64,000 nucleotides of DNA, from NCBI GenBank assembly GCA_963693365.1, contig CAVNZM010000008.1, positions 9,918,293-9,982,292 of the forward strand, given 5' to 3'. The position numbers and the translations under genes were made by a program. Source of the stretch: Amoebidium appalachense (Eukaryota > Protista > Ichthyosporea). Positions 62,531-64,000 of this stretch are shown here, in pieces (the first letter of the stretch is position 1; each line of letters begins with the position of its first letter). The notes under the pieces were generated by a model, which searched no databases, was not told the DNA's origin, and was given only the letters and a program-made list of their open reading frames with translations.

Positions 62531-64000
62531 AGCACACACAGCACGAGCACGTTCACGCTCACACGCTGGAACCCATGATATACGCACAATCTAAGCTCGT
62601 CTACACTGGGAAATGTGCCGTACTTGTATATGCGACAGGCTCTGCGTACTCTCCGATCTAGGAGTTACGTGCAGCCTTCTGGGCACCTTTTCTTTTTTCA
62701 CCCTTTCAGTTTTTTTCTTAGTGTCGCAATTTGTAACAACTGTACTATTACTTTTACGTAAACATGGAAACTCCTGAATCAGGCGGTCAGGAGCAACTAC
62801 GTTCTATGCTGGTGCAGAGCACACTGGGCATAATATGGTAAGATACATAATTGTAGTGAAGGGAGCTAGATCTGAAGGGGCTGCTAATGGCATGTGCCTT
62901 TATCTGTGTGTGTGTTCATGTGAAAGAATAAAATGGAGAGAACACAAGGAGGGCGGGAAAGCATGCGCCGGGGGGGGGAGGGCGGGGCTGCTTGGGGGGG
63001 GGGGGGGGGGGGGGAGGAGGGAGGGTTTCGTTGCAGTGGGGGAAGGAGGGGAGAGGAATGGCCTAGATAGGCCATCAGATAGGGTATAAGGTTATGATCA
63101 AAGGTATGTGCATTGGCTCTGATTGATGCTAACAGTGTGCCCATGCAGAGTACCCCACCGTGTGAGCTTACGACGAACAGAGGTGGAGGTTATGCTTCAC
63201 CCACCATCTTGTATGAGGTAGAGTCCACCGCATCAGAGGCAGAGTAACCCTTTCAGTTGAAAGGTAGTTCACATAGCCATGAATCTTACTTGTAGGCTTA
63301 TCTATAAACGTTGGGTTGTTTTCTCTGTAGCTATTTTTGGTCAAGAATGAACGATTGATAGACGGACTGCAGCTGGTGTCGCAGTGTTTTTGCTTTTCCT
63401 CAAGTGTTTATGAAGCATATGGTATACGCCAAAATATGTAAAAGGCCCAACTTGGTGATCAAGTTCCTACACTTCAACGTCAAGAATTGTGTATGCTTCA
63501 TGTAGTTTTACTGTATTACTTTTCAAATAATCGTGCATGCCGATATTACGTACTCTTTTACGCAGAGCCAAATTGCTGGTCACAGTGAATGGACCATGAA
63601 CAATGCCCAGTTACCATACGAGAGGAATGCAGGTGCCTTGCACACGGGGAAAATGGTGTGCTTTCGTGTTTACTGGCCAGCAATTTGTGGTTACAACAGG
63701 CTGAGCAGGCAAGTTGCATACGATGGGCTGGGAAACTGACGCATGCTCATAAATTAGCACGTTCGTAAACTCTAGCTGCAAGGCAAGGGTTATGTACAGC
63801 TGGCTGTACATGTGACGCCGACGGTACAAGTATGAGCATATGTTTGGCCAAGCCCGAGACCAATTTGAAATCATTCTGTGGCTGCAGGTATTTGCACTAG
63901 TTAGTGTCTGTTAGACCTAACACGTACTGACGTGTTGCCGCACGTGCGACGTTTTAACATCTACTCAGGCGGCCCTTTTAAGTAAAAAAAAAAAAAAAAA

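Overview
Intron-rich eukaryotic DNA, full of poly-G/poly-C and (CA)n/(GT)n tracts; the organism cannot be identified from the window. Spliced host genes I could reconstruct: bystin (7697-18041, -), a DUF1761-like membrane protein (18656-21440, +), glycine decarboxylase P-protein GLDC (22731-34026, -, 15 exons), a CAMK-group Ser/Thr kinase (40231-45861, -) with poorly resolved EF-hand-containing exons upstream, a saccharopine-dehydrogenase-like oxidoreductase (52206-60210, +), and an intron-poor, frameshifted gene at 61594-62530. Two mobile elements stand out. The first is a spliced Dada-type DNA transposase with an inserted DEDDy exonuclease, running off the left edge. The second is a 4.1-kb Penelope-like retroelement (PLE) in GLDC intron 7, with an intact RT, no visible endonuclease and a ~2-kb non-coding tail. 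The hairpin-rich last ~890 nt of that tail recurs in a bystin intron and, as a short stub, in a kinase intron. At least six further diverged 55-100 nt tail-like stubs lie in introns, all sense to the host gene and all ending at a poly-C tract. As assembled, the RT is in frame with the upstream GLDC exon. Exon coordinates were read by eye, and homopolymer lengths may contain sequencing errors.
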